A stretch of DNA of 64,000 bases from Xylographa opegraphella. Taxonomy: Eukaryota. The position numbers were made by a program, and so were the translations under genes. The DNA lies in NCBI GenBank assembly GCA_022813865.1, contig JALDZX010000064.1:1-64000 (forward strand). Reading direction: 5' to 3'. Each line of letters begins with the position of its first letter. The first letter of the stretch is position 1. Positions 47,955-60,473 of this stretch are shown here, one piece after another. The notes beneath the pieces are model-generated. The model ran no database searches, had not been told where the DNA came from, and saw only the letters and a list, made by a program, of their open reading frames with translations.

Positions 47955-50357
47955 TTAATCCACAACCCTCAGCATCGAATATGCCTCGTGGCCAATTGCC
48001 TTCCACATCTCCGCCAACGGATCCAACTTCTGCCTCTTCATTCGAAAGCCTACCGACCCCGCGGGATACTCATCGTCCTCTCCCTTCACACCCATATCCT
48101 CCACCTCAACCTCGGTCGCCTCGTCAAAACGGCCATTCTCCAAAAACGTCTTCACCATCGCCTGAGAATAACCAGTCACCAGGATAATGCCCTCCATCCC
48201 CCTGGTGACCGGTTTCGGAGCGGATGCCCGACCTTTCCGGATAGTGCTGTTCACGTTCCAGAAGATGAGCTGCGGCATCTCGAAGCCTGCCTCGGCGTAC
48301 TTACGCTTGATGCGGTTGTAGGCGGTTCCGTCGAAGTTGTGGCGCGCCGCGTTGAATGGCGAATCGCCGAAGACGAGAACCTGCTTGACCATGTCTTTCT
48401 GCTTGAGGTGCGATTTGATCGCCATGGGGAGGATGAGGCTCTCGAAGATGGCGGACAAGTCGGTTTTTGTGTAACATTCCTTGCCCTTTATCAACTGCAC
48501 TTTGTCTACAAGAGCATGCTTGTCCTTTGGACCACCGACGTAAGTGAACTGCGGTTCTGGACCGAAGGAATTGAAGGTGACGACTTTCCCTCCGAACGGC
48601 GCCTCGACAACTTCAGCAACGAGAAGAGAGAGCCCTACAGAAATGTCCCGTGGCGATGTGTTGTCGCTGAAAAGAGGATGCTCCATCCTGGGATTGACGT
48701 TGCAAACGGCAATCGAATTGGCCAATATGTCACTGTCTTTGATGTGCTTGACGAGACTAGCCCACTGCCCATCAAGAACCTTGCCCATTAATTTCGCCGT
48801 CTTCGCTTTCGGATGGCGAACACTGAATTTTTCGTTGTCTGAATTGTCCTTTTGATCATGAGATTTTCTCGGAAAGATAGACTTTTTGGTGCGTGAATCG
48901 TCAGCATAATAACCACGATCGGACTCCGAATCGCTAGCTTGATCCTCCCTTTTTCTACGAGCTTGTAGAATGAGTTTAGCGGGCGATAATATACGACCCG
49001 ACAATTGGCTTTTCCCTTCAGCGACCTCATCAATGTATGTTTCGAAGCTATAAGGGCTTTTCTTTACGAAGAGCTTCTTGTAGGTGGACATGGCTATAGT
49101 AGGGACTTTGGCAAAGTCGATTGCGTGGAAGTTTTTGGCACTGATATCTCGCTCCACAATCTGTAGAGCTTCTCGAAGCGGGGATAAGATGTTTCGTCGA
49201 TAATGCTCCCGAGCATACTTCAGGTAGATTTCCCTCGACAGCTCTGCACCCTCTGTGTGCTTGGTACTGTATGGATAGAGAATTTCAGCTATCGATGTGA
49301 CTATGATGGTATGCTTGTCATGGAAACCTTCCAAGCTTGGAGCCCATTTAGCAGCTAACGATATCTTGCTACGGTCCTTGGGTGAGTCGCTCTTCAGTAG
49401 TTCCAGGTCCTTCTTTAACTGATCAGCAAAGAGTCGTGCTACCGAGAGATGAAGAGCCTTGTAAAAGGGATCCTTTAGCATTGTCAGGACATTTGCGTGC
49501 CGTTGCTTCTCTAGCTTATGCTTCTTGGACTTCGATTCGGCAGGATTTAGAGTTCGAGGCTTGTGTATAGTTTTCAGCACATGCCGAGGGTCGTCCGACA
49601 CGTTGAAACATCGGTTAACAGCGAGCACAAGGATGTTGAGAAGATCTTTCCAATACCCGTGGGACACACCATAAACGTCATCGGAATCTTCGTTTGTTGG
49701 TACCTTTTTCTCAACCATGACAGCCGCTGCTTCAACATCTTTTCTGACCTTCTTCTCGATTACTGGTCGAAACAGCCATGGGAGATTGGCGAAAACAGTT
49801 TCCGGGTGCTCGTTCTTCATCCATCCAAGACATTTATAAAAAGCATCCTGCACTCCCTTCCCGAGGTGTATGCTTCGAGCATTCCAAACAACTTTCAACG
49901 TTGCCAATGAATCTTCCTTCCATGCTGCCTCAAGTATATCCTCTAAGCTTGATCCTATTGTTCTACTGTCGAGTTCGAAGAATAAATCCAAAAGGGGTGA
50001 ACCCGTAGACTCAAAAGCGAATCCGTCGTCTGCATCACTTTGATTTATTGATGGTGCATCACGAATACCGTCCATGACATCGGAATCCTTATGCGTGTCG
50101 GTCGCTTCATCCAAGACCATAGAAGTGTCATTACTGATGGGGCTTTTGATTTCTAGGTTTGCCAAAGCAGCTTCTTTGCCCGTACGATCTGCAGCAGTAG
50201 ACTTTTCAGCGAGTAGTTTGTGGATGTAGTTGTTGAAGTCCACTTCAGGTAGCACGAGAGCAGGATCGTAGGGCAATTCTAAAGGAAAGCTTGAGTCAAG
50301 TGATGACTTGCCCCCAGTAGTTGAAGCAACAGCAAGAGTTGCCCCAGTAGTATCCAT
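47955..50357 (-). CDS. DUF2828-type protein (TROVE-like N-terminal region plus degenerate vWA), intronless, 800 aa
   Basis: STGSPLLDLF, RSIHLGKG, HGYWKDL, ISLAAKWAPS, PFGG..TF, MPQLIFWN, GYSQ motifs. Confidence 0.85.
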   Translation of the reverse strand: MDTTGATLAVASTTGGKSSLDSSFPLELPYDPALVLPEVDFNNYIHKLLAEKSTAADRTGKEAALANLEIKSPISNDTSMVLDEATDTHKDSDVMDGIRDAPSINQSDADDGFAFESTGSPLLDLFFELDSRTIGSSLEDILEAAWKEDSLATLKVVWNARSIHLGKGVQDAFYKCLGWMKNEHPETVFANLPWLFRPVIEKKVRKDVEAAAVMVEKKVPTNEDSDDVYGVSHGYWKDLLNILVLAVNRCFNVSDDPRHVLKTIHKPRTLNPAESKSKKHKLEKQRHANVLTMLKDPFYKALHLSVARLFADQLKKDLELLKSDSPKDRSKISLAAKWAPSLEGFHDKHTIIVTSIAEILYPYSTKHTEGAELSREIYLKYAREHYRRNILSPLREALQIVERDISAKNFHAIDFAKVPTIAMSTYKKLFVKKSPYSFETYIDEVAEGKSQLSGRILSPAKLILQARRKREDQASDSESDRGYYADDSRTKKSIFPRKSHDQKDNSDNEKFSVRHPKAKTAKLMGKVLDGQWASLVKHIKDSDILANSIAVCNVNPRMEHPLFSDNTSPRDISVGLSLLVAEVVEAPFGGKVVTFNSFGPEPQFTYVGGPKDKHALVDKVQLIKGKECYTKTDLSAIFESLILPMAIKSHLKQKDMVKQVLVFGDSPFNAARHNFDGTAYNRIKRKYAEAGFEMPQLIFWNVNSTIRKGRASAPKPVTRGMEGIILVTGYSQAMVKTFLENGRFDEATEVEVEDMGVKGEDDEYPAGSVGFRMKRQKLDPLAEMWKAIGHEAYSMLRVVD

Positions 50358-50552
50358 CTTGATTGCTAGTGATGATGTGAAGTTGATGAAATGCGTGAAA
50401 ATACTTGCAAGAGATGGTGTTGGTGAGCTCTAAAACTTCTAACTAGAAGATATGTACGCTTCAAGGGGTCAAGAAGGTAGGCATTGTTCACATTCTTGAC
50501 TCAAACCGACAACTAACCTGATCCGGCGCCTCAAATCCCATCTTCCGTCATT

Positions 50553-52485
50553 TCACCAAGGCTGAATTTCGCCGGGTTTGGGTTGCTCGACTCGTACTAT
50601 CTTGTCGCAATTCAATAGACATAGAGGGTCGAAAGCTAGCTTTAGCTGGAGACAAAGTCAGTTCAGGCGTTCAAGAACAAAGAGGTCCCACTTACCCTCC
50701 TCATTGCGTCGACGGTGGATTCCCCCAACTCATGGCTGAGGTAATCTCTCTTTATCAAGCCTACGCCATGCTCGCCAGTGACTGTGCCTTCCATTTCAAC
50801 GGCACGCTTCACCATGCGATGCACAACTTCTTCCGCCGTTTTACGTTCTTTGTCATTGAACAAGATGATTGCTACACTTCTTCAGTATCGGTCGCTTATA
50901 AAGAATATAGCGAAGCTTACCATGGAAATTGCCATCGCCGACATGACCAACAATCGCGGCAAGTAAGCCACTTGAGCTCATGTCTTCCTTGGTCTGCTCG
51001 ATAATGTCTGGCAACCGGCTCATGGGCACTGCAACGTCAGTTGTCCAAACGTGATCATTCTCATCTCTTCTTTTCGCCATGACACTGTATAAGGCTTCTT
51101 TCCTAGCACTCCATAGTTCCGCTCTCTCATCTGCGTTTTTCGCGAATTCGAAACTCTTGCTACCTTTGCTTTTGGCGATCTTTTGCACAATACTAACCTG
51201 CTCCTTGACGCCAGAAGGGGTACCACTAAATTTGAAGAACAAGGTTGGGGCCTCCTTCCAATCTCTGCTCGTAGACCCGCTCTCATTAATGCATTGCATT
51301 TGCACATCATCCAGAATCTCGATTGCAGCAATCGGAACACCCTCACCAACGACTCTAGCCACGCACTGAGCGGCGTCTTTGATTGTAGGGAAAGTAGCCA
51401 CCGCCACGCTTTCATCTTTGGCTTTGACTGTGATTTTCAAAGTTGCCTCTGTGACAAGTCCGAGGGTGCCTTCACTCCCAATAAACATCTTCGTGAGATC
51501 ATAGCCTGCACTACTTTTCCGAGGCCTCTGCCGCGTCTTTATAATGGTCCCATCGGCAAGAACAACTGTCAGACTCAAAACCCATTCTCTCATAGTACCA
51601 TAACGATATGCATTTGTGCCTGAGCAGCCCGTGCCGACCATACCGCCAATCTTAGCTCCGGGGCCTGGATCCGGGGGGAAGAACAACCCATCCTTTGCCA
51701 ATTCCTCGTTGAGATGCTCCCACCCAACTGCAGGCTGAACTATAACATCAAGGTCATCCTTATGTAGTTTCAGAATCTTGTCCATACGTCCGAAATCGAC
51801 ACATATGCCACCACGTGTTGCAGAGTAGTGCCCCTCGAGACTAGTACCTCCAGAATACCCCGTTACCGGAATTAGTCTATCATGACATATCTTCATGATC
51901 TTGCTAACTTCCTCCGTACTTGACGGGAACACAACTAGAAATGGGCGTTCGTCTGGCTTCTCATTGTACGAGGACCAGTCAGAACCCGAATGAAATTTCA
52001 GAGACGACTCTTCAGTTGAAACATTCTCCTTGCCGACAATGTCCACAAAATCCGCCCAAGCAGCTTCGAGATTGACCTTGGCAGTATTGAATTTCGGCGG
52101 TGACACTGTTGCCAATGGGGCAGTGGATCTAGTTGGAGGTGAAGCGGGTACAAGGGTTCCCAGATAGTAACAGCCGGCTGCTGTTGTAAGGAGTACTACA
52201 ATCATCAGTTTGGAGCACCTGAACAAGCTACAGATATAGCATACCAAATGTCTTGGCCGCATTTCCGCCAGCACTGCTCTCTCCACGCTCCTTGGCAAAG
52301 CGTCTCTGCTCTGCACGCTCGCGCTCTAACCTCGATGCAACGCTCTCGTACAGTTGACCTTTGAAAGACCGCTGTTCCTCACGAGCAGCGCTGAGCTTGT
52401 GAAAATGTTTTCGTAGACGAATAGGTGCCAGAAGTGAACGCGAATTATGAGCCGCGACCGGCTGTAAGCTCCTAAGGAGTGCCAT
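50553..52485 (-). CDS. DLD1: Mitochondrial D-lactate dehydrogenase (cytochrome), FAD-linked oxidase, 4 exons
   Basis: GGTSLEGH, PPDPGPGA, RKSSAGYDL, GSEGTLG, GHVGDGNFH, TGEHGVG, FDPLCLLNCDK. Confidence 0.93.
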
Positions 52486-52793
52486 TGACGGACAGATTTT
52501 GGAGCTTGACATTGCTACCTGGGGAGAAGGTAGCTGGAATATGTGCTAGAGGTGAGGGTTCAGAATATTTATGCCGTATGATACCATTAACCTGCAGCAC
52601 TGCACCAAAACTGGCGGAGATTCATAGGCCCAAGAGAGCTTTAATCCGTATCAGGAATAGCGTCTTATCGACCCCAGAGGGCCATAATTCCGTCTACACA
52701 TGCTTTGATGAACTTCATCTTGCCGAACTCATGTCCGGTAAGTCCTCTCTCAACCGCCACAGGTATAGCAGCAATGGGCTTCACATATTCTGA

Positions 52794-53908
52794 ATGGCGA
52801 CCTTCCTCCCCCGCCTGGTCTTCCCGACCCTCGACTCCCTCCCCCGGTCCTATTTCCTGGGCCACCACCGCGCCGGCCTCAATAAGATGAAGACGATGCT
52901 CTCCAGCATCGATCTCATCATTGAATGTCGGGACTACCGCGTTCCTCTCTCCTCTCGAAATCCCCTTTTCGAGGAAAACCTCGCGGGCAGGCAACGCTTG
53001 ATCGTTTACACGAAGCAAGACCTGGGCACTGAGGGCCGGGAAGCGGACAAGCTGGTAAAGCCTGTGATCTCCCAAGCTTACCTACCAAATCCTTCACAAT
53101 TACACTACCCATAAAACCACTGTAGCTAACTCCTCCCCAGCGCGAAGCCACCATCCGCCACTTCCACGCCCCCACGCCCATCCTCTTCTCCTCGCACAAG
53201 ACTCCCCGCTCCATCCGCTCCATCCTCTCCTTCGCACGCTCGCACGCCTTGTCCACGAACACACTCACCGGATCGCGTATGATGATCGTCGGGATGCCCA
53301 ACGTGGGCAAATCCTCGCTCTTGAACGCCCTGCGCCAAGCAGGCGTCCACAAAGGCAAAGCCGCGCAAACGGGCGACCAACCAGGCGTGACGCGCAAGAT
53401 CGGCACGACGGTCAAGATCATCGACGCCACGGACGACGAGCAGGGCATCTACCTCGTCGACACCCCGGGCGTCTTCGTGCCGTACGTGCCGAACGCGGAG
53501 GCGATGCTCAAACTCGCGCTGTGCGGCAGCGTCAAGGACACCATTATCTCGCCCACCACGATGGCCGACTACCTGCTCTTCCAGCTGAACTTGCAGTCCT
53601 CAGGGCTGTATGGCGAGTGGTCGCCGCCGACAAACGATGTCATGGTCCTGCTTGCCGGCGTTGCGCGGAAGACGGGGCGGCTGCAAAGGGGCGGTGTCCC
53701 GGATTTCGATGCCTCGGCGCTGTGGCTGATCCAGCGGTGGAGGACGGGACATGTGGGCCGCTTCGTGCTCGACCGCGTGACGGACGAGAGTCTGCGGCAG
53801 GATCATCTGGAGATTGAGAATCTGAGTGGGAGTCTCAGTCAGGCCAGGCGGTTGGGGAAGGAGGAGAGACGGCAGAGGTCGAAGGCACGGCATGTGGAGG
53901 CGGGATGA
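52794..53908 (+). CDS. MTG1: Mitochondrial ribosome-assembly GTPase (RbgA/YlqF family), 2 exons
   Basis: YFLGHH, ECRDYRVPLSSRNP, TKQD, GMPNVGKSS, PGVTR, DTPG (circularly permuted GTPase order). Confidence 0.92.
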
Positions 53909-53944
53909 GTTTTAGTGTATTGCAGAGAGGGAAGGTGTCGTACC

Positions 53945-54038
53945 AAAACCGATACATAGACGGGAAAAAACCGATACATAGACGGGAAAAACCCGATACA
54001 TAGACGGGAAAAACCCGATACATAGACGGGAAAAAACC
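53945..54038. repeat. Minisatellite, four copies of a 21-22 bp unit (AAAA(A/C)CCGATACATAGACGGGA) just 3' of MTG1
   Basis: Read directly; units differ only in the A/C run. Confidence 0.92.
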
Positions 54039-54667
54039 AGTGTATATAATGAAAATAATGCTACAGATTCTGCAACTCATGATACACATTCACAAAGCGA
54101 CGAGAGTCTTCCGAGACAGTCGCAATTGGCTTTGAGATCCTGCATGTCGTCGACAGGCCATCCGCAGACCCGGCTCGCACGTTGGCAGCTAGAAATGTAG
54201 CAGGATATGGCAACAACACAGCCATTCCCAGTCACGATCACGAATCACAATCACGACGTAAGCCTCTAATAAATCCATTTCGCAACTGTGTAATTCTCCA
54301 AACGCCCTGTACAGTCATACATATCCCACGAACCGCAAGGTTGCTACCTCGGGCATAAGGAGACGCTACATAGGTAGTCGGCCTCAAAAAAATTGTAGCG
54401 GCCATTAGAATATCAAGTAGGGGAAAAAAAACAAAAGCAGGAAGAAGATGTGCGCTCCCAACCAGCGCTTGCAGATCCGCTTTCCCACATCAAGAAAACA
54501 TGAACGCCGTAGTGGTGGCCGGACGTCCTCCTGCTCAGGTATATCGACAATCGAGAAAATCGACAATCCTGAAGAAATGAACATCTCATCATTGCCACGC
54601 ATTTTGACCAAACCCCCTCGCCCAGAAATCGATGATACAAAGCGCCTGCAGCGTCTCCACGATCGCA

Positions 54668-55883
54668 TTATAGCAAGATGAGGTAATTCGAAGGCGCGAT
54701 CCCTGTATCACCGTTGTCCTTCTTGGCTTGCCACCATCTACCGCTGACATCTGATACCTCGAGGATTTCGTGCTTGCTGAAGCTTATTTCATTTGCGTCA
54801 TCGGGATTTGCTTCGTATGAATAGATAGCCTTGGCACGGTAGGGATACTCAGTGGGTGCGCCAACATCGGCCGGGTTCTGGTGCGGTTCCCCTCCTAATC
54901 CAGCTGCCGTTTGCACTGGCGAACGGGCAGGAGAGTGAGCAGCTGCAGACCCGATGAAACGTGGCTGTGATGCGTTGCGATCTCCGCCCACAGGACCTCC
55001 TGGATATGCTATCACAGGCGAAGAGGTTTCAAAGCCATTCAGCTGTGCAGATGTGTACATCTGAGGGACGTGGTTCCCGGAGATCGTTGTCTCGGGTCGG
55101 TAGTTATTAGTACTCATCGGGCGGCTGTGTCGCATCGGGCTGCGCTGCTCTTTGTGGAGCGCCAAGGAATCAATATAGATACGATACGAGGCTTGAGGTC
55201 CAGATCCAAAATGAAAGATCCACACAATCTACGGGACATGATTAGCACAAGCATACCAGAGTCGTTGATTTCTCTTACCGAAACCATCGAGAGGAGAATG
55301 AAGCCAGCAGCAGCGGCCTCCTGCTCTCCACGAGGAGAATATACGAGCGTATTAACCGAAGAAGTAGTAAAAACAAGCCCCGCAGAAAGGAAGCCGACGA
55401 TCTTATGGGTGGTCAACTTGCCGAAGTTGCAGGTGAGTAAGGATCACTTACAGCAATATTATAGGTGTCATGAGAATCCGAGGCCACAACCACCACTACA
55501 CCGATAATAGAACATAGCAGATATGCGATGGTCCACCATGCGAAATTCGGGTATGGCCCTCGGACGTCTGATATGATGGACGCAATAAATGCGATGAGCC
55601 ATGCAAGCTAAAGCAGAAGAGGTTGTCAGCCAGCTTTCAATTTCCGGCGATATAGATGGACCTTACGGTTGCTATCGAGACGGTGGCTAGAGCAAATGGA
55701 TCTCCAACGATGTGACCTAAAACGGTCAGAATGTTTTGCCCTTTTTAAGGCCCAATACTGCAGTAACTGACCGATGCTGAACGTGGCTATTCCGCCTGGT
55801 CTCCTTCTACCGTTTCCGTTGTTCATTGTGTTCATGTTCATTTTGCGCAGTGAGGGAGAGTGGAGGCTGCCGTATGAGGGCAT
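54668..55883 (-). CDS. SHO1: High-osmolarity signalling membrane sensor Sho1 (4 TM plus SH3), multi-exon
   Basis: [49 protein letters not shown]3 [19 protein letters not shown]...WW...GIAPSNY. Confidence 0.95.
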
Positions 55884-56651
55884 AGATGAACGGCGCGGCG
55901 CTGCAAGTTCGGGACTTCGTTCACGTTCGATAAGTCGTAATAAGTATTAGTTTGATGACCGGCGATCAACGATGGATCTTCTGCACTGCGCAAGGTTGTG
56001 GCGAGGTAAAGACTCGTCGATGATGAAGCGTAAGTGAAGATGTGGTTGAATTACTTTCTCCTGGACGACTTTGATAATGAGCGGACAAGGGGAAACCCTT
56101 TGCGATGGCAGAGGAGGTGAAGAGCAAAACAATTCGGATCGTGTCCGTCTTCGTCGTCACCAGCAAGAGCAACAAGAAGGGAGCCGGGCGAGGTCGGCAA
56201 GGCAGGGCTGAGGGGTTGAAGGAGAAGATGGACGACTCTCAGGTTTCAGAGAATACCTTAAAGTGTGCCAGCGTCTGGGAGCCAGCAAGACTCTTTTCAC
56301 TGAGGCACAGAGGGGGGGGGTGTGGGTGGAGACTACCCGGGGTGGGGGGGCGGGATGGGTGTGGGCTTATGGCTGACAGGCTTGAGCCATTGTCCCCCAG
56401 GCGCACAGTTGGGGGAGTGCCGCTAACGGCCAGACAATGCCCAATTTTAGCAGACAACCACCAATCCGCTTCGGGACCTACGCTTCGCTACACAAAGTAT
56501 GGATCCGAAATTGCAGGGTTGGAACAATAGGATAGCCAACCAGCCTTTCCTCACGACGTGGTCTCTCCCACACGCGACGTTCGAAGTCGTGATATACATT
56601 GCGTAGCTATCGATTCTACAGATCACGCGCTTGACAGTTGGCCCCTTCCCA

Positions 56652-56688
56652 CGCTGCGCTGTGGCCCGCTGCGCTGTGGCCCGCTGCG
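56652..56688. repeat. 15-bp tandem repeat CGCTGCGCTGTGGCC, ~2.5 copies
   Basis: Read directly. Confidence 0.85.
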
Positions 56689-57679
56689 AGCCTTGTCACA
56701 TCATGCACTCGAGCTTCAGCTGCGACAGCAACCGTCTCGAACTCTCCAGAAGCAGGGGCTAAACCTTGTTCGTATTTAGCTAAGGTAAGCTATCCTCTCA
56801 TGCTGTGCGTCGACAAGCCCGAGATCGAGCGGACAGAATAGTGGGCACTAAAATCTGTATGTCGATACGCCGCCGCTAAAGCGGGAGAGATCGTCGGGGG
56901 ATCAATTCACATTCCTTCCATAAGTCAACTGAGTCCTGACGGAAGCACCACAGTAGAGACTGATGACTGGATGTCGACAACTGGTACCCTAGAGCAGCCG
57001 CTTTTTCGTTTTACAATTCAAGGCCCGCCTGTCAGACGCCCCTTGAGGTAGCATCAATTTCACTATAGCCCTATTTCTGCATAGCCACAAGGACCGATGT
57101 TTGAGCATAACTGTCATCCATGGAAGTGGTTCCTGTACGCTTGGTCACGAAATTGAGGCATCTGATCCGTAATCATAATGCTTGCCACATGTTCATTTGT
57201 CCGCGATCTTATTTATCCTGTGCAGCGGAAGCAAGCATTACCTAAGGTGTCGATCATTCTCCATCACCACCCTCCATAATCAGCCCCACCTTGACTTTTG
57301 TTGCTTGATTCGGACCTGTGTCTGCTGTTTTATTGACGAGATCATCCGGCTCCCCTCCTACCGGACGACTGTGACTTACCTTTATATTATACGAAAGTTG
57401 TCGATAGGTAATCCAGGGGTATGGTGCTCGTTGGTGTTCCTCCAACAGTCAAAGAAGCATATCGGATCACTCCCGGGAGTAGCACTAAAGTTTTGTATGT
57501 ACGTGTTGCCTGATCGTAACAGTCTTTGAAAAGGAACTTTGTCCCGTCCAAGGAATCCTCCACACCTGAGCTCTTTGACGCTTCATGTCAGCACAGAATG
57601 GCGTTACTTAAAGTGAGCCTCAGATCGTTCCTAAGTTGACTGGTTTCGGGTGGTCCAGAGCAGACTTTTGGGAACGAGG

Positions 57680-58368
57680 TCAAATGGCAGTGGCCTCGCG
57701 TGCTCTACTGCCTTCTTCTCTTGTCAAGGTCTTCTCGACTTCCATTAATCTCTCGTCCCATTCAGTCCAGCATTCCCCATAGGCTAAAATACCAACTTCA
57801 TACCATCTTTGCAAGACCGACACAGTCCTGAGCCTTAGATTCGCGATCTCTTGCGCCTGAGAGTCTTGAAGAACCTCCACCTCCGCGACCCTCGGATGTA
57901 GTATGACGAGATTGGTAGAGGATTCGGCTGAAGGAATAGGCAGATCTTGAATTGACGTCAAACGAGAAGCTGTAGTAGGGAACAATGTGGCACAGGATTT
58001 CACGATTGACAGTCTTTCCGAGTCGGAGAACGATGCTTGTTCGGCCGTTTCAGGGGTTCCGGAAAACATGTTCGCATGTTTGTGGTCTTTTATAGATGAG
58101 CATGAATGCGATAGACACTAAGAACGAGGATCTAACATAGACTGAGAATTTCTTCAACAACTTGGGAATTCGACGCAAGTCTCTGCAATCTATCTTCCGC
58201 CAGCTGAAGACGTGTCTGTATGGACTCCGCCTTCGCATCGGGAGACTGGTTCACATCCTGGCTTTCCAATTCAATGGTACCACTGGTATAAAAGGCGAGC
58301 CTCTGTAGTCTGCTCTCGAGCAGCTCAATAGTTTCAACTGCAACCCTGTTCCCGCCCACTACAGCCAT
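57680..58368 (-). CDS. ro-10: Nuclear distribution protein RO-10 (dynactin p24-like), 2 exons
   Basis: TIELLESRLQRL, FPTTASRLTSIQDLPIP, LRLRT..VLQRWYEVGIL..GECWTEWDERL motifs. Confidence 0.8.
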
Positions 58369-58640
58369 TTATAGAGTAAAATATGTCAAAGTACGTTTGT
58401 TTCAACAATTTGATGCGGGCAAAGGGTAAAGTATCCCTGTATAGACGTAGCGGCGGGTGATCTACAAGTCAGGGTCCTTTATTCGGCCAAATTGTGACTG
58501 GCGACGATGAAACGACACACGGCTTCAACACAAATCTTTAAGGATATCAATTTTTCGTACACTGCTCCTACATAGATTATCGAGGTCGAGGTATATGGGG
58601 CTAGTTTAAGCAAACTCCACGCACGGCAGCGGCAGCAACT

Positions 58641-60473
58641 ATGCCATACTCTGCTATCAATGCAGATGCTGAAAGGCATGTTGCTCGGCCAGGCAGCGCA
58701 AATTCTTCGAGAGCCAGACGGTATGTTGCAGTCTTGAGCTGCGAAATTCAGCTTGTGGATGACTGTTGAACCGATTGGAAACACCAGCGACTGATCAACG
58801 GTAGGCGACCTGGCAGCAGAGGAAAGGATGTTGGCGTGGTAGGTCAAGCTAGCTGGATCAGCAGTGTCATCAATCTGGTCAATACCAGTACGCAAACCTT
58901 CTCATTTGTCGGTGATCCGTTTCTGACGAAGTTTCAGTTGTCGGTGCCGGAGTACTTGCTATGCCTTTGGCTATGTCGCGAATGGGAATATTGCTTGGAA
59001 CAGCTATCATAATATGGTCCGGTCTGACGGCAGGATTCGGCCTCTATCTCCAAACTCGGTGCGCCAGATATTTGGATCGAGGCTCTGCCTCATTCTTCGC
59101 TCTGTCTCAAATTACATACCCTAATGCGGCCGTCATATTCGATGCGGCAATCTCCATAAAGTGTTTCGGCGTGGGAGTCAGCTATCTTATTATTATTGGA
59201 GACCTTATGCCCGGGGTGGTGCAAGGCTTTACCTCAGACGTACACGGACTACAATTCCTTCTGGATCGCCATTTTTGGGTCACTGGTTTTATGTAAGTCA
59301 AGGGGGATTGCAGCCTCGAGAAGATATCTTCTGGAGTCCAGGCTAATTACTGTTATAGGCTAATTGTCATTCCATTATCATTCTTACGACGACTGGATTC
59401 TCTCAAATATACTAGTGTCATTGCTCTAATCTCCATTGGGTACTTGGTAATTCTGGTTGTTGCTCATTTCGCCAAAGGAGACACCATGCAGGAAAGGGGT
59501 CCTATTCGAGTTGTTCAATGGGCAGGTATAGTGCCGACGTTGAGCAGCTTCCCTGTCATTGTATTTGCCTACACTTGTCACCAGAATGTACGTCAAGCAA
59601 ATCTCGGCAGGATACTGTATGCTCGGCGTATGCTAACATGTGAGCCCTATAGATGTTCTCTATTCTGAACGAAATCAGCAATAATTCTCCTTTCAGAACT
59701 ACAAGTGTCGTAACATCCAGCATTGGATCCGCCGCTGCCATTTACGTGCTGGTCGCCATTACCGGCTACCTTTCTTTCGGCAACAACGTTGCAGGTAACA
59801 TTGTTGGAATGTGTAAGTTTCCTTAATCTTAGATGTATTGCGTCCATGCTGATATATGGGACTAGATGCGCCTTCGGTAGCATCAACCATCGGTAAAGCT
59901 GCAATCGTTGTTCTGGTTATGTTCTCCTACCCGCTCCAAGTACATCCGTGCCGAGCATCGGTTGACGCTGTTCTCAAATGGCGACCATCAAAAACATCCG
60001 AGTCTCGTAATTCTTCGCCATCGCGAGCTGGATCGTTACCTTTACTACCTTCAGCCAAAGGCGGCGCTCCCAAAGGTGATGGTATGGGAGAAGTGCGCTT
60101 CGCGGCCATTACTACCGGCATCATTGTTTTAAGCTACATCGTCGCGATGACAGTCTCGTCATTGGAAAAGGTCCTAGCTTACGTCGGAAGCACGGGTAGC
60201 ACCAGCATCAGTTTCATCCTTCCAGGACTGTTTTACTACAAGATTTCATCGCCCGATTCGCAACATCATCAGCGGCTGATGAAGGAGGATGACGATGGCG
60301 CGGACGCATCAGGTGACGAGGAAGACGAGGGGCTCCTGGGTGGTAAGAGTTCGAGAAGCGGTCACTGGCGGCGGACATTGCTTCGAAGGCTTAGTCTTGC
60401 GCTGGCAATATATGGGTTCCTGGTCATGGTGACTTGCCTGATCAGCAACACTTTCTTCATCGTAGCACACTGA
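58641..60473 (+). CDS. AVT6: Vacuolar amino-acid transporter (AAAP family, Avt6-like), multi-exon
   Basis: QASWISSVINLVNTIVGAGVLAMP after splicing, IKCFGVGVSYLIIIGDLMP, VFAYTCHQN, SYPLQVHPCR, GSTGSTSISFILPG. Confidence 0.88.

Noticed and set aside
47988..48791. 267-aa + strand ORF antisense to the DUF2828 gene
   Set aside because: Shadow ORF with no motifs
53945..54038. CRISPR-like array
   Set aside because: Eukaryotic DNA, contiguous units without unique spacers, no cas genes
56552..56591. tRNA T-arm-like hairpin CGAC-GTTCGAA-GTCG
   Set aside because: No D arm, anticodon arm or acceptor stem; no tRNA or rRNA gene was found in the window
57182..57600. Apparent minus-strand exon with acceptor and donor downstream of ro-10
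   Set aside because: All three frames hit stop codons; at most UTR splicing, unsupported without RNA data
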